Shown here: positions 8,431 through 20,275 of the stretch, piece after piece | Layout of the letters: every line of letters starts with the position of its first letter | How positions within the stretch are numbered: the first letter of the stretch is position 1 | Assembly: GCA_036881865.1 (NCBI GenBank) | Contig: JBAJNM010000004.1 | Span: forward strand, 3,736 to 67,735 | Length of the DNA stretch: 64,000 nt | Origin: Parvularculales bacterium | GTDB taxonomy: Bacteria > Pseudomonadota > Alphaproteobacteria > JAPOUT01 > JBAJNM01 | Reading direction: 5' to 3' | Notes under the pieces: model-generated | Databases searched by the model: none | Seen by the model: the letters and a program-made list of their open reading frames with translations, nothing else | Told to the model about the DNA's origin: nothing | Made by a program: the position numbers and the translations under genes

Positions 8431-9156
8431 ATGCGCTTTGACCCTCCCCTTCAGTCTGCCCGACTAATACGCCGCTACAAGCGGTTTTTGGCCGATATCA
8501 AGTTTGACGATGGTACTACCTCTACAGCCCATTGCCCCAATCCCGGCTCTATGATGGGGCTAGCCGAACCCGGCGTTGAAGTATGGGTGTCAAAAAGTAC
8601 AAACCCCAAACGCAAACTAGGTTGGAGTTGGGAGTTGGTAGCGACGAGTGTGCTCTCTGACGACACACCGTCTGTTCTGGTGGGCATTCATACCAGTCGC
8701 GCCAATGATCTGGCAAAGGAGGCTATTGAGGCAGGCCACATAACAGAGCTCAACCGCTATGACACCCTCCACCGGGAGCAACGCTATGGCGAGAACAGCC
8801 GCATTGATTTGTTATTGGAAAACAGCAAAACAGACGACAATGCCTGGGTTGAGGTCAAGAGCGTTACTCTATCGCGTCAAGCAGGTGTTGCGGAGTTCCC
8901 CGATGCGGTAACCAGCCGTGGAAAAAAACATTTAAGCGAGTTGGGTCGTCTGGCACGAGAGGGAAAGCGCGCCGTCATGCTTTATGTTATTCAGAGGAAT
9001 GATTGCACCAAAATGTGCCTTGCGAATGATATTGACCCCACTTATGCCAAAGCAGCGCAAGAGGCTACGCAAGCAGGCGTTGAAATGCTTTGTTATGATT
9101 GCTACATAACGCCTGATGACATCACTCTCCATAATGCGATACCCTTGATCATATGA
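8431..9156 (+). CDS. sfsA: Sugar fermentation stimulation protein A (SfsA family nuclease-like)
   Basis: 241 aa. The N-terminus RYKRFLADI...CPNPGSM is the typical SfsA start. Confidence 0.8.
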   Translation: MRFDPPLQSARLIRRYKRFLADIKFDDGTTSTAHCPNPGSMMGLAEPGVEVWVSKSTNPKRKLGWSWELVATSVLSDDTPSVLVGIHTSRANDLAKEAIEAGHITELNRYDTLHREQRYGENSRIDLLLENSKTDDNAWVEVKSVTLSRQAGVAEFPDAVTSRGKKHLSELGRLAREGKRAVMLYVIQRNDCTKMCLANDIDPTYAKAAQEATQAGVEMLCYDCYITPDDITLHNAIPLII

Positions 9157-9165
9157 GGAACGAGT

Positions 9166-9987
9166 ATGACGTATACGGCTGTTGACGAAGATACTTCTGC
9201 ATACAACACCGGACAGGTAAAACTGTATGGCCCGGAGTGTTTTGCGGGTATGCACGCTGTAGGGCAGTTAGCAGCCGCAGCACTGGATGTGCTGAAGGAT
9301 GAAGTTAAGCCAGGTGTCACGACGGATTATCTTGACCGCCTTGTATACGATTACGCTCTGGCACATGAGTGTATCCCTGCGCCTCTTAATTACAGGGGTT
9401 ATACAAAATCTATTTGCACGTCCATCAATCATGTGGTTTGCCATGGGATTCCCAGTGATCGCATTTTGCGGGAGGGAGATATTATCAACATAGACGTAAC
9501 CCTCATCAAGGATGGTTGGCACGGTGACACTAGTCGCATGTATTACGTGGGCGATGTGCCCCGTCGCGCCCGGCGCCTTGTGGAGATAACCTACAAGGCC
9601 ATGATGCGCGGCATCGCTGAAGTAAAGCCCGGGGCAACCTTAGGCGACATTGGGGCTGCCATTCAGGATTATGCTGAAGGAGAACGTTGTTCTGTTGTGC
9701 GCGATTTTTGCGGTCACGGATTAGGGCTTGTTTTTCATGATGCGCCCAACATTTTGCATTATGGCGTCCGGGGTCAAGGTCTTACCCTTCAGGAGGGTAT
9801 GTTTTTTACCATCGAGCCTATGATTAACCTTGGCAAACCGGGAGTTAAACTGTTAAAGGATGGCTGGACAGCCGTTACCCGTGACCGCTCTTTGTCTGCG
9901 CAGTTTGAACATTCTCTCGGTGTCACCCAAGATGGTGCTGATATCTTTACACTATCTCCGGCAAACCAGCATTGCCCTCCCTATTAA
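9166..9987 (+). CDS. map: Methionine aminopeptidase, type I
   Basis: 273 aa with MetAP metal-ligand blocks (HGIP, DINIDVT, FCGHGLG, FTIEPM). Confidence 0.9.
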   Translation: MTYTAVDEDTSAYNTGQVKLYGPECFAGMHAVGQLAAAALDVLKDEVKPGVTTDYLDRLVYDYALAHECIPAPLNYRGYTKSICTSINHVVCHGIPSDRILREGDIINIDVTLIKDGWHGDTSRMYYVGDVPRRARRLVEITYKAMMRGIAEVKPGATLGDIGAAIQDYAEGERCSVVRDFCGHGLGLVFHDAPNILHYGVRGQGLTLQEGMFFTIEPMINLGKPGVKLLKDGWTAVTRDRSLSAQFEHSLGVTQDGADIFTLSPANQHCPPY

Positions 9988-10733
9988 TTGGTTTTCTTAC
10001 CAAGATGCCCCCTGACCCACAAAAAGAACCCCCCACTAAAAAAGCAACGCCCCATCACCATGGCCATCGGGACCGGTTGCGCAAGCGCTTTCGGGAAACC
10101 AATGGTGAGGGCATGCCTGATTACGAGATTATGGAGTTAATACTCTTCAATGTTGTTCAGCGCCGTGATGTTAAAGAGTTGGCTAAAACCCTGACGATAG
10201 ACAAGTTCAAAGGATTTACAGGTGCACTGGCGGCTACGGAATCCCAAATTAAAGATATCCCTGGGCTGGGGGCTAAGAGTGCACAGCGTTTGATAACAGA
10301 GTTTGCTCTCATCCGCATGGCGGCCACACGCCTCGCCAGAGAAAAAGTCATCAACCGAACTGTTTTATCGTCCTGGGATGCGCTGATTGAATATTGCAGC
10401 ATCACCATGGCCCATAACGACATAGAACAATTCCGCATATTGTTCCTAGACACCAAAAACACTCTCATCGCTGACGAGGTTCATCAACAAGGCACTGTTA
10501 ATCACACCCCTGCTTATCCTCGTGAAATCGTCAAGCGCGCCTTAAATCTCGGGGCATCAGGTATGATTTTGGTTCACAATCACCCCAGCGGCGATCCTAC
10601 TCCCTCTCGTGCTGATATTGAAATGACCAGAAAAATTGCCGAATCAGCTCTACCCTTGGGTATCTCTCTTCACGATCATCTCATTATCGGTAAGGGCAAA
10701 CATACCAGTTTCAAAGAGCGGGGATTGATTTAG
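9972..10733 (+). CDS. radC: RadC-like JAB/MPN domain protein (UPF0758)
   Basis: C-terminal motif MILVHNHPSGDPTPSRADIEMT. Confidence 0.8.
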   Translation: MPSLLIGFLTKMPPDPQKEPPTKKATPHHHGHRDRLRKRFRETNGEGMPDYEIMELILFNVVQRRDVKELAKTLTIDKFKGFTGALAATESQIKDIPGLGAKSAQRLITEFALIRMAATRLAREKVINRTVLSSWDALIEYCSITMAHNDIEQFRILFLDTKNTLIADEVHQQGTVNHTPAYPREIVKRALNLGASGMILVHNHPSGDPTPSRADIEMTRKIAESALPLGISLHDHLIIGKGKHTSFKERGLI

Positions 10734-10810
10734 ACTCTCTATGATATATAAAATCATCTCACACTAAGCCTACCCCCACAGACCGCTAAAAGCCTGAAAG
10801 ACGTACTGTT

Positions 10811-12118
10811 ATGATTCCCCGTTATACGCGAGACCAGATGGCTTCCATCTGGGAGCCTAAAAACACTTTCAAAATATGGCTGGATATTGAAACCCACGCT
10901 CTGGAAGCTATGGTGGAGTTAGGACAAGCCCCTGCCTCAGCCGCAAAGGCACTGCGAGAGCGGGGCGGTTTTGATATTGACCGCATCCAAGAGATTGAAC
11001 GTGAAGTAAAACATGATGTTATTGCTTTCTTAACCTCTTTGGCAGAGCATGTTGGAAAGGAGGCCCGCTTTGTACATCAGGGCATGACATCTTCTGATGT
11101 GTTGGATACATGCCTTAACATACAACTCACTCAGGCTGCCGATATTTTGCTAGCCGATATGGATGCCCTACTTGCCATCCTCAAGCGCCGCGCACTAGAG
11201 ACCAAAGATTATATTTGCATAGGGCGCAGTCATGGTATTCATGCAGAACCCACCACCTTTGGCCTTAAGATGCTTCAGGCCTATGCAGAGTTTGAGCGGC
11301 AACGACAACGACTTGAAACGGCACATCGTGAGGTTGCCACCTGTGCTTTGTCAGGGGCGGTTGGCACATATGCCAACATTGACCCCCGAGTAGAAGTCCG
11401 TGTCGCTGAAGCTCTTAATCTAAAACCGGAGCCTATTTCTACTCAGATTATCCCCCGCGATCGCCATGCAGCCTATTTTGCCACCCTTGGCGTCATTGCC
11501 AGTTCCATAGAGCGCCTCTCAATAGAGATCCGCCACCTACAACGAACAGAAGTCCTAGAAGCCGAAGAATTTTTTACCACCGGTCAAAAAGGATCTTCTG
11601 CCATGCCCCATAAGCGTAATCCAGTGCTCTCTGAAAATCTCACAGGGTTAGCGCGACTTATTCGGGGTATGGTGACACCCGCACTGGAAAATGTCGCCTT
11701 GTGGCATGAGCGCGATATTTCTCATTCCAGCGTGGAACGGGTGATTGGGCCGGATGCCACCACCGCTCTTGATTTTGCTCTGACACGACTGGCCTCTGTT
11801 ATGGATCAGTTGGTGGTATATCCGGAAAAAATGCGCGCCAATCTGGATAATCTGGGCGGTCTTGTTCACTCTCAACGGGTGTTACTGGCTTTAACCCAGC
11901 ACGATATCAATCGTGAGACAGCCTACAGCATGGTGCAAGCTCACGCCATGGCAGTCTGGCGGGGCGAAGGAGATTTCAAGACACTACTTCTGGAAGACAA
12001 AGACATCCGTGCGGTGCTATCAGACAAAGACATAGAGGCCCTGTTTGACCTCTCCTATCACACGCAACACGTTGACAGAGTGTTTGCCCGAATTCTGGGC
12101 GATACAACAACAGGATAA
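10811..12118 (+). CDS. purB: Adenylosuccinate lyase
   Basis: 435 aa with the fumarate-lyase signature GSSAMPHKRNP. Confidence 0.9.
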   Translation: MIPRYTRDQMASIWEPKNTFKIWLDIETHALEAMVELGQAPASAAKALRERGGFDIDRIQEIEREVKHDVIAFLTSLAEHVGKEARFVHQGMTSSDVLDTCLNIQLTQAADILLADMDALLAILKRRALETKDYICIGRSHGIHAEPTTFGLKMLQAYAEFERQRQRLETAHREVATCALSGAVGTYANIDPRVEVRVAEALNLKPEPISTQIIPRDRHAAYFATLGVIASSIERLSIEIRHLQRTEVLEAEEFFTTGQKGSSAMPHKRNPVLSENLTGLARLIRGMVTPALENVALWHERDISHSSVERVIGPDATTALDFALTRLASVMDQLVVYPEKMRANLDNLGGLVHSQRVLLALTQHDINRETAYSMVQAHAMAVWRGEGDFKTLLLEDKDIRAVLSDKDIEALFDLSYHTQHVDRVFARILGDTTTG

Positions 12119-12126
12119 AATGCTAA

Positions 12127-12453
12127 TCAGCCTTTTTGGGTAGCGATCTGCTGGCTGGCAGTTTCCATCATATCGTCCATAGTGCGGCGTATTTGATGGT
12201 CTGACTGATCTACGCCGTTGGCATCAAAATCGCTCCGTATTTTACCAAACACCTCTTCATCTCCAGCATGGGTGCAATCCAGTTTGACGAGTTCCTGAAT
12301 ATAAGCCTCCCCTTCCGTACCAGATAGTCCCAGTTTTTCCGTTACCCATTCTCCCAGCAAATGAGCCCGCCGTGCCGTGATTTTGAAGGCTAATTCCTGA
12401 TCGTGGGCAAATTTCTTCTCAAATGTATTTTGACGGTCATCAAAAGAAGTCAT
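12127..12453 (-). CDS. DUF1476 / F1Fo-ATPase inhibitor zeta-subunit-like protein
   Basis: 108 aa starting MTSFDDRQNTFEKKFAHDQELAFK. This resembles the Paracoccus zeta-subunit family that is conserved in alphaproteobacteria. Confidence 0.6.
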   Translation of the reverse strand: MTSFDDRQNTFEKKFAHDQELAFKITARRAHLLGEWVTEKLGLSGTEGEAYIQELVKLDCTHAGDEEVFGKIRSDFDANGVDQSDHQIRRTMDDMMETASQQIATQKG

Positions 12454-12635
12454 AAATGATGTTCCTTAAATTGGATGGGCGAAACACACATGCTCCATCA
12501 TATAGACGAGCTACCGCCCAAAGCAAGAGGTCAGGCAAGTTCTAACGAAATAATTGCCTCCCACACACCCATGGGTTAGGTTGGACGTGGTTCCCGGAGG
12601 TTAAAAGGAGGGCGCCCCAGAAAGGATATTCTCCT

Positions 12636-13400
12636 ATGAAACACCGCAAACAGATTTATGAAGGCAAGGCCAAAGTGCTGTATGAAGGTCCGGAGCCGGG
12701 CACCCTGATTCAGTATTTCAAAGATGATGTAACCGCCTTCAACAAAGCCAAACACGAAATGATGGAGGGCAAGGGCGTACTGAATAATCGCATTTCAGAA
12801 TTTTTGTTTGTACGGTTAAACCAGATTGGTATTCCAACGCACTTTATCAAAGCCCTGAACATGCGCGAACAATTGGTGCGGTCGGTAGAGATTATTCCGA
12901 TTGAACTGGTAGTACGCAATGTAGCAGCGGGATCTATCGCCAAACGTCTGGGTCTTGATGAGGGTGCTGCACTGCCTCGCGCGATTGTTGAATATTATTA
13001 CAAAGACGATGCTCTTGATGACCCCATGGTTGCTGAAGAGCACATTTCGGCTTTTGGCTGGGCCACTCCCCAAGAGTTGGATGATATGGTAGCGCTCGCC
13101 TTGCGGATTAACGATTTTCTGAGCGGTCTTTTTATGGCGGCAAACATAAAGTTAGTAGATTTTAAACTAGAGTTCGGACGTCTGTATGAAGACGACATAC
13201 CACAAATTGTGCTGGCAGATGAAATCACACCTGACACTTGCCGGTTGTGGGACGTAGAAACACAAAAAATTATGGACAAGGACCTTTTTCGCCGTGACAT
13301 GGGTGGTCTTATGGATGCCTATAGCGAGGTTGCACGGCGGTTAGGTATTCTAGCAGAGACGGGACGCCCGGCCTCCCGAACTCCCACATTGGTCAGATAA
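12636..13400 (+). CDS. purC: Phosphoribosylaminoimidazole-succinocarboxamide synthase (SAICAR synthetase)
   Basis: 254 aa with [12 protein letters not shown] near the N-terminus. Confidence 0.9.
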   Translation: MKHRKQIYEGKAKVLYEGPEPGTLIQYFKDDVTAFNKAKHEMMEGKGVLNNRISEFLFVRLNQIGIPTHFIKALNMREQLVRSVEIIPIELVVRNVAAGSIAKRLGLDEGAALPRAIVEYYYKDDALDDPMVAEEHISAFGWATPQELDDMVALALRINDFLSGLFMAANIKLVDFKLEFGRLYEDDIPQIVLADEITPDTCRLWDVETQKIMDKDLFRRDMGGLMDAYSEVARRLGILAETGRPASRTPTLVR

Positions 13401-13412
13401 TCTGCAAAAGAT

Positions 13413-13664
13413 ATGAAAGCACGCATTATCATAACGCTGAAACCGGGGGTTCTGGACCCTCAAGGTAAAGCGATTGAACAGACTCTTGAAGATTTAGGGT
13501 TCAACGGCGTAACCCAAGTGCGTCAGGGCAAATGTATTGATGTTGACCTTGGCGAGACAGATACAACCCAAGCGCATGCTACTCTTAATGCTATGTGCTC
13601 TACATTGCTGGCTAATCCCGTCATTGAAGAATATGCAATAGAACTGGGTGACGCTGCATCATGA
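13413..13664 (+). CDS. purS: FGAM synthase PurS subunit
   Basis: 83 aa. Its end overlaps the purQ start, giving the purS-purQ-purL organisation. Confidence 0.85.
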   Translation: MKARIIITLKPGVLDPQGKAIEQTLEDLGFNGVTQVRQGKCIDVDLGETDTTQAHATLNAMCSTLLANPVIEEYAIELGDAAS

Positions 13665-14350
13665 AGGCAGCCGTGATTGTTTTTCCCGGCTCTAATTGTG
13701 ACCGCGATGTGGCCGTTTGTCTTGCTGAAACCACTGGTCAGGCGCCTGCTATGGTGTGGCATAGAGAGGCAACCCTGCCTGAGTGTGATGTAATTGTTTT
13801 GCCGGGTGGTTTTTCTTACGGTGATTATCTACGCGCCGGTGCTATAGCAGCTCACAGCCCCATCATGAAAGACGTTACTCACCACGCCCGCAAGGGTATG
13901 CCGGTTTTGGGCATTTGCAATGGCTTTCAGGTTTTAACCGAAACGGGCCTTTTGCCCGGGCTGCTGATGCGCAATGCTCATCTTAAGTTTGTTTGCCGTA
14001 GTGTGTTCTTACGGGTAGAAGCTACCCGCGACCCGTTCACACAGGGTTACAACCCGGGAGATATTGTCGCCATGCCTGTAGCCCACCATGATGGCAACTA
14101 TTATGCCGATGAGGTGACCCTTGACCGGTTGGAAGGAGAACAACGTATCCTTTTTCGTTATTGTGATGAGGTCGGTGCACCAACACCGGCAGGGAATCCC
14201 AATGGATCAGCACGTAATATTGCAGGCATTACTAATGAAACTGGTACGATTGTAGGCCTCATGCCCCATCCGGAACGGGGGTACGACCCGGTCTTGGGTG
14301 ACGTTGGCGGGCATCCCCTGTTTGCCAGTTTGATGGAGACCCTATCATGA
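13661..14350 (+). CDS. purQ: FGAM synthase I, glutaminase subunit
   Basis: Contains GICNGFQ with the catalytic Cys and the HPE motif. Confidence 0.9.
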   Translation: MKAAVIVFPGSNCDRDVAVCLAETTGQAPAMVWHREATLPECDVIVLPGGFSYGDYLRAGAIAAHSPIMKDVTHHARKGMPVLGICNGFQVLTETGLLPGLLMRNAHLKFVCRSVFLRVEATRDPFTQGYNPGDIVAMPVAHHDGNYYADEVTLDRLEGEQRILFRYCDEVGAPTPAGNPNGSARNIAGITNETGTIVGLMPHPERGYDPVLGDVGGHPLFASLMETLS

Positions 14351-16548
14351 CCGCGATACCGGTAACCACAGAGGCCCTCACCGCCCACGGCTTAACCGAA
14401 AATGAGTACCGGCGCATTGTCGCTCTGCTAAACCGTCATCCCAATCCGACCGAATTAGGTATTTTCAGTGCCATGTGGAGTGAGCATTGTTCTTATAAAT
14501 CCTCAAGAAAATGGCTTAAAACCCTGCCCACAACAGGAGAGGTTGTGATTTGTGGCCCGGGAGAAAATGCCGGAGTAGTGGATATTGGCGATAATCAAGC
14601 CATTGTCTTTAAAATGGAAAGCCATAACCACCCTTCATACATTGAGCCTTATCAGGGTGCAGCAACCGGTGTAGGCGGTATTATGCGCGATGTTTTCACC
14701 ATGGGTGCGCGTCCGATTGCCAACCTCAATGCTTTACACTTTGGTAGCACGATCCATGAAAAAACCCGTCATTTTGTATCCGGCGTGGTTGCCGGTATTG
14801 GCGGTTACGGAAATTGCATTGGTGTGCCTACTGTCGGTGGCAAAACTGCCTTTGATGCCAGCTATAACGATAACATTCTGGTCAATGCCATGTGTGTTGG
14901 TTTAGTAGAACATGACCGGATTTTCTATGCCTCCGCCAGCGGCATTGATAATCCGGTAGTTTATGTAGGCTCCAAAACCGGCCGTGACGGTATTCACGGT
15001 GCAACTATGTCATCTGCAGGATTTGACGATGCTGCCCATGAAAAAAGACCCGCCATACAGGTGGGAGATCCTTTTATGGAAAAACTACTGATGGAAGCCT
15101 GTCTGGAGCTCATGGGGCAAGACGCTATTATTGCCATTCAGGATATGGGCGCGGCAGGACTTACTTCATCGGCAGTGGAGATGGCCGACAAGGGTGGCGT
15201 CGGCATTGATATGAATTTAGACGCCGTACCACGCAGGGAGGCGGCCATGAATGCTTACGAGATTATGCTCTCTGAAAGTCAGGAGCGCATGCTTATGGTG
15301 CTCAAACCGAAGCGCGAAGAGATAGCACGACAGATTTTTGAAAAATGGGGGTTGGATTTCTCCGTCATTGGACATCTAACTGATAGTCATCATCTTGTGC
15401 TACGGCAGGAAGGAACAGTGGTTGCTGACATTCCCTTGCAAGCCCTTGCCGGTGAAGCACCTATGTATGAGCGCCCTTGCGCACCCTTACCGAATCCGAC
15501 ACCGATAGCATCGGCAACAACAGAGGCATGTGATGATCCGATGGCCACACTGAAGACCATGTTGGGAGAGGCAGCCCTGTGCAGCCGCCAATGGATTTGG
15601 GAACAATACGACCACAGCGTGATGGGAGATACAGTACAAGGTCCGGGAGGTGATGCTGCGGTAGTGCGTGTGCATGGCTCGAATAAAGGATTAGCGCTTA
15701 CGGTCAATGTAACGCCGCGTTATGTGAAAGCCGACCCAATAATGGGTGGACGGCAAGCCGTAGCAGAAGCCTGGCGTGTTCTCACAGCCGTCGGCGCACA
15801 ACCTCTAGCCATTACCGACTGCCTCAACTTTGGTAATCCGGAAGACCCGAACGTCATGGCACAATTTGCCGGAGCCGTTCAAGGCATCGGACAAGCATGT
15901 GAGGTTCTGTCATTTCCCGTGGTGTCAGGCAATGTTTCTTTTTACAATGAAACCAGTGGTGTTTCCGTGTTGCCCACACCGACGGTTGGCGGTGTTGGGT
16001 TGATTAACACACTTGTCTCTATGACGAGTCTGGCTTTTAAGGATGCCGGAGAGGCCATTATTCTCGTCGGAGAAAGTCGCGGGCATTTAGGTTGTTCACT
16101 TTACCATGCCCTCATTCACAACTGCAAAGATGGCGCACCACCTCCAGTTTATCTGGAGAGTGAACGCCGCAACGGCAATTTTGTACGCACCGAGATTAAC
16201 AACAATATTGCAACGGCAGTTCATGCCTTAACCGCCGGCGGGATACTGGTAGGCATCGCCAGAATGGCTATGGCGGGTGCTATGGGCGCACGCCTGACAC
16301 TCCCCGCAACAGATCTGCCTACCGCCGCCTTTTTATTTGGTGAAGACCAGAGCCGCTATCTCCTCACCTGCCCTATGGCACAGGCTGAGGAAGTCCTAAA
16401 AAACGCCGTTTCCCAATGCGTTCCGGCGGTTCTTTTAGGAAGGACCGGTGGGGATGAATTGACAATAGCGGATTATCCCCCCATATCATGGAGGGAACTG
16501 GCTCAAACTCACAGAGGCTGGTTGCCAGCCTATATGGGACGCTCTTAA
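14347..16548 (+). CDS. purL: FGAM synthase II (small PurL)
   Basis: 733 aa, with 4-nt overlap with purQ. Confidence 0.9.
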   Translation: MTAIPVTTEALTAHGLTENEYRRIVALLNRHPNPTELGIFSAMWSEHCSYKSSRKWLKTLPTTGEVVICGPGENAGVVDIGDNQAIVFKMESHNHPSYIEPYQGAATGVGGIMRDVFTMGARPIANLNALHFGSTIHEKTRHFVSGVVAGIGGYGNCIGVPTVGGKTAFDASYNDNILVNAMCVGLVEHDRIFYASASGIDNPVVYVGSKTGRDGIHGATMSSAGFDDAAHEKRPAIQVGDPFMEKLLMEACLELMGQDAIIAIQDMGAAGLTSSAVEMADKGGVGIDMNLDAVPRREAAMNAYEIMLSESQERMLMVLKPKREEIARQIFEKWGLDFSVIGHLTDSHHLVLRQEGTVVADIPLQALAGEAPMYERPCAPLPNPTPIASATTEACDDPMATLKTMLGEAALCSRQWIWEQYDHSVMGDTVQGPGGDAAVVRVHGSNKGLALTVNVTPRYVKADPIMGGRQAVAEAWRVLTAVGAQPLAITDCLNFGNPEDPNVMAQFAGAVQGIGQACEVLSFPVVSGNVSFYNETSGVSVLPTPTVGGVGLINTLVSMTSLAFKDAGEAIILVGESRGHLGCSLYHALIHNCKDGAPPPVYLESERRNGNFVRTEINNNIATAVHALTAGGILVGIARMAMAGAMGARLTLPATDLPTAAFLFGEDQSRYLLTCPMAQAEEVLKNAVSQCVPAVLLGRTGGDELTIADYPPISWRELAQTHRGWLPAYMGRS

Positions 16549-16565
16549 TCAAGGAGATTTATTTC

Positions 16566-16817
16566 ATGCCCATGAGTGCAAGCGAAATTGAACAGCGTAT
16601 TCGGGCTGCCCTGCCTGATGCTCACGTTGAGATTACCGACCTCAGAGGTGATGGAGATCATTATGCAGCCCGTGTTGTATCAACCGCCTTTGAGGGTAAA
16701 ACCCGTGTGCAACAACATCAACTCATCTACAAAGCCCTTCAGGGCGCTATGGGCGATGCTCTTCATGCTCTTGCCTTACAAACGGCCATCCCTGATGATG
16801 ATCCAAAAGAAAAATAA
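16566..16817 (+). CDS. bolA: BolA family protein
   Basis: The start ATG follows an AAGGAG RBS (MPMSASEIEQRIR...). The ORF-track entry 16488.. over-extends and overlaps the purL end. Confidence 0.75.
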   Translation: MPMSASEIEQRIRAALPDAHVEITDLRGDGDHYAARVVSTAFEGKTRVQQHQLIYKALQGAMGDALHALALQTAIPDDDPKEK

Positions 16818-16835
16818 CAATATAGGAAATCCACC

Positions 16836-17192
16836 ATGACTCAAACACCGGAGACCCAAACATCGCCCGCTCATCAACGCATCCAGCAAGAAGTGGATCG
16901 CGAGGACGTAGTGTTATTCATGAAAGGCACACCAGACTTTCCCCAATGCGGATTCTCCAGCCAGATATCCCAACTGCTGACGTTTTTGGGCGTTCCCTTC
17001 AACAGCGTCAATGTGCTGGAAGATGAAGATATACGGCAAGGCATCAAAGCCTATAGCGACTGGCCTACTATTCCACAACTTTACATAAAGGGTGAGTTTA
17101 TCGGTGGGTGCGATATTGTCCGCGATTTGTATGAAACCGGTGAATTACAGACCTTACTGGTAGAAAAAAATATTGCCACCCACAACGCCTAA
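16836..17192 (+). CDS. grxD: Monothiol glutaredoxin (Grx4 family)
   Basis: Contains the CGFS active site (PQCGFSSQ). Confidence 0.85.
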   Translation: MTQTPETQTSPAHQRIQQEVDREDVVLFMKGTPDFPQCGFSSQISQLLTFLGVPFNSVNVLEDEDIRQGIKAYSDWPTIPQLYIKGEFIGGCDIVRDLYETGELQTLLVEKNIATHNA

Positions 17193-17195
17193 AAG

Positions 17196-17816
17196 CTAAT
17201 TTCGGGAGTAAAACTCCACCACCAGATTAGGCTCCATGCGCACCGGATAAGGAATTTCCGCGAGAGAGGGGATACGCGCAAGGCTTGCGGTTAATTTGTT
17301 ATCATCCACTTCCAGATAATCAGGCACTTCACGCTCAGGGCTTTCCCGTGCTTCCAGAATTAGAGCCATCTGGCGCGATCTCTCCCGCACCGCAATCACA
17401 TCGCCCACCTTTAAACGATAACTCGGAATGGTCACCCGCTTGCCATTGACACTTATATGGTTATGACTCACTAACTGCCGCGCCGCAAACACCGTGGGCA
17501 CAAACTTAGCCCGGTAAACAACGGCATCCAGACGCTGCTCCAGCAGCCCCACCAGATTTTCGCTGGTGTCGCCGCGCATCCGAACAGCTCTGGTATAAGT
17601 CCCCCGAAACTGCTTCTCGGTGATGTTGCCGTAATAACCTTTTAGCTTCTGCTTGGCACTTAACTGAATGCCGAAGTCGCTCGGTCTGGAGCGGCGCCGT
17701 TGACCGTGTTCGCCCGGACCATATTCACGCCGATTTACAGGACTTTTAGGGCGACCCCAAATGTTTTCACCCATGCGACGATCAATTTTATGTTTCGCCT
17801 GAATCCGCTTTGACAT
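17196..17816 (-). CDS. rpsD: 30S ribosomal protein S4
   Basis: 206 aa. Confidence 0.9.
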   Translation of the reverse strand: MSKRIQAKHKIDRRMGENIWGRPKSPVNRREYGPGEHGQRRRSRPSDFGIQLSAKQKLKGYYGNITEKQFRGTYTRAVRMRGDTSENLVGLLEQRLDAVVYRAKFVPTVFAARQLVSHNHISVNGKRVTIPSYRLKVGDVIAVRERSRQMALILEARESPEREVPDYLEVDDNKLTASLARIPSLAEIPYPVRMEPNLVVEFYSRN

Positions 17817-17969
17817 ACGGCGGAACTCCCATTGTGTACAAAAACGACATATAAAAAAAATACCGGCACAATATCGCCGGAAACAAGCAAACTATACCCA
17901 TAAGGCCTCTTATGTCAAACTAGCCTGCTAAAACCTCCATTTTGTCACCAAAATTTGTCTCCAAAAACC

Positions 17970-18752
17970 CTATTGGTGGGTAAGTGCCGAAATAATACCC
18001 CTTAAGGTTCGGATTTCCTGCTCGGTTGGCCGTCCACGCTGGAAAAAATTGCGAATATTACGCACCATAGAGGGGCGTTTTTCCGGCGGGCGCAAAAATC
18101 CTGCCTCATCCAACGCACTTTCCAGATGTATATAAAATCCTATCAGTTCATCCCGGTTGGCCGGGCGGGTTTCCGGAGGAATAACCCATATCGCAGGTAT
18201 CGTAGAGTCATACGCCTTGCGCCATTCATAAGCCACAAGCACAACACTCTGGGCCAAATTAAGAGACGAAAAAGAAGGATTAACCGGAACACGCATAATG
18301 CCATCAGCGCAGACCACTTCGTCATTGGTAAGACCCGTACGCTCAGGACCAAACACAACACCGCACTGCATTCCATGGGTGGTCTCACTTCGTAACCGAC
18401 GTACAGATTCCTCCGGTGTGAACACCGGCTTGGCCATATCCCGCCGCCGGGCTGTCGCTGCCAGCACAAACTGGAGGTCAGCAACCGCCTCTTCCAAAGA
18501 CGCAAACACTTGGGCGTTATCAATAACACTGCCCGCACCGGAGGCCGCCTGATAGGCTTTATCCTTATGCCACCCCTCACGGGGATTAACCAACCGCAAT
18601 TCCTCCAACCCAAAGTTCAGCATGGCACGGGCCGCTGTGCCGATATTCTCACCCAACTGGGGACGCGTTAGTATAATGACCGGCGCTACGTTTTCCGGCC
18701 CCTCAGGTATCTCAGGAGCCGTATCACCAGAATATGCCCCGTTCATCGCCAC
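17970..18752 (-). CDS. SpoU/TrmH-family RNA 2'-O-methyltransferase, TrmJ-like
   Basis: Motifs include IILTRPQLGENIGTAARAMLNFGLEELRLV. Confidence 0.7.
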   Translation of the reverse strand: MAMNGAYSGDTAPEIPEGPENVAPVIILTRPQLGENIGTAARAMLNFGLEELRLVNPREGWHKDKAYQAASGAGSVIDNAQVFASLEEAVADLQFVLAATARRRDMAKPVFTPEESVRRLRSETTHGMQCGVVFGPERTGLTNDEVVCADGIMRVPVNPSFSSLNLAQSVVLVAYEWRKAYDSTIPAIWVIPPETRPANRDELIGFYIHLESALDEAGFLRPPEKRPSMVRNIRNFFQRGRPTEQEIRTLRGIISALTHQ

Positions 18753-18960
18753 TACCCTCTATCCTTTTTGTTTGTTACTTTTAGCACCTTATTCCTTTTT
18801 ATTTTACTTTTCCGCCTTTAACCATAGAGGCTCAAATGTTATATCAAAGCCATAGTTACATTTATGGTTCTTCAGCCAGTCATCACCAGCCATTCGTCTT
18901 ACCGTTTCCCAAACAAGCGGGAAAGCCAAGCATAAAGTAAAGCCAAACAGGAGGTATAGA

Positions 18961-20178
18961 GTGTCCAAGATCAAAGTGGATAATCCGGTTGTTGAATTGG
19001 ATGGCGACGAGATGACACGCATCATCTGGAAAATGATCAAGGATAAACTCATCACACCGTGGCTAGTGCTAGACGTGGATTATTATGATCTGGGCATGGA
19101 AAGCCGCGATAAGACCGATGACCAAATCACCATCGATGCCGCCAACGCCATCAAAAAACATGGCGTGGGCATTAAATGTGCCACCATAACCCCGGACGAA
19201 GCGCGAATGGAGGAGTTTGACCTTAAACAAATGTGGCGCTCTCCTAACGGCACTATCCGCAACATTTTGGGAGGTACAGTGTTTCGCGAGCCAATTATTT
19301 GCCGGAACATTCCCCGTCTGGTACCAGGTTGGACGAGTTCTATTGTCATTGGCCGCCATGCCTTTGGTGATCAATACCGGGCGACCGATTTTCTCGTGCC
19401 GGGTAAAGGCAAACTAACTATCAAATGGGAATCGGAAGACGGCTCTGATGTCCGTGAACATGAAGTTTTTGATTTTCCGGGATCCGGTATATCACTGGCG
19501 ATGTACAATCTGGATGATTCCATACGCGATTTTGCCCGCGCCTGCATGAACTTTGGCCTTGAGCGTAAATGGCCCGTTTATCTCTCAACCAAGAACACTA
19601 TTCTCAAAGCCTATGACGGGCGTTTTAAAGATTTATTTCAGGAAATCTACGATGCCGAGTTTAAAAAAGATTTTGAGAAAGCCTGTATTCATTATGAGCA
19701 CCGACTCATTGACGACATGGTAGCAGCCTCTCTTAAATGGAGTGGGGGTTACATCTGGGCTTGCAAGAATTATGATGGTGATGTGCAGTCAGATACGGTA
19801 GCACAAGGTTTTGGATCACTTGGTCTTATGACCAGCGCACTTTTGACGCCGGACGGTAAGATCATGGAAGCCGAAGCCGCCCACGGCACTGTCACCCGCC
19901 ATTACCGAGCACATCAGCGCGGTGATGAGACGTCTACCAATTCCATTGCTTCTATTTTTGCATGGAGCAGAGGCTTGAGCCATCGCGCCCGTCTGGATGG
20001 TAATGAAGCCCTGTCCCGATTTGCTACAACACTTGAGAAAGTTTGCATGACCACAGTAGAAAGCGGCTTTATGACTAAAGATCTGGCCCTTTTGGTAGGC
20101 GACAAGCAAACTTGGCTGTCTACCACGGGTTTTCTGGACAAAATTGCCGAAAACCTTGAAGCGGCTTTATCATCTTAA
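18961..20178 (+). CDS. icd: NADP-dependent isocitrate dehydrogenase (homodimeric type)
   Basis: 405 aa. Confidence 0.9.
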   Translation: MSKIKVDNPVVELDGDEMTRIIWKMIKDKLITPWLVLDVDYYDLGMESRDKTDDQITIDAANAIKKHGVGIKCATITPDEARMEEFDLKQMWRSPNGTIRNILGGTVFREPIICRNIPRLVPGWTSSIVIGRHAFGDQYRATDFLVPGKGKLTIKWESEDGSDVREHEVFDFPGSGISLAMYNLDDSIRDFARACMNFGLERKWPVYLSTKNTILKAYDGRFKDLFQEIYDAEFKKDFEKACIHYEHRLIDDMVAASLKWSGGYIWACKNYDGDVQSDTVAQGFGSLGLMTSALLTPDGKIMEAEAAHGTVTRHYRAHQRGDETSTNSIASIFAWSRGLSHRARLDGNEALSRFATTLEKVCMTTVESGFMTKDLALLVGDKQTWLSTTGFLDKIAENLEAALSS

Positions 20179-20191
20179 GCATAAAGGTAAT

Positions 20192-20241
20192 ATCCGGATA
20201 TTTGCGCCGTAGGGTCCTCGCCATCCGGTTTTTCCTTTTTC
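20192..20241 (+). terminator. Probable intrinsic terminator after icd (hairpin followed by TTTTTCCTTTTTC)
   Basis: A CCGGAT...ATCCGG stem is followed by a T-run. The site sits between the convergent icd and alaS genes. Confidence 0.35.
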
Positions 20242-20275
20242 AGATAGCTAACACCTCCCAGCACTGCCTGTACAT

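Noticed and set aside
12454-12635. Possible ZTP (pfl) or purine riboswitch in the 5' leader of purC.
   Set aside because: The leader has GC-rich segments (GGACGTGG...CCCGGAGG...GGGCGCCCCAG). I could not align the conserved ZTP core (GGGUCGUGAC...CCGCCUGGGCA) or a purine-aptamer junction. It is probably an ordinary leader, but an Infernal scan would settle it.
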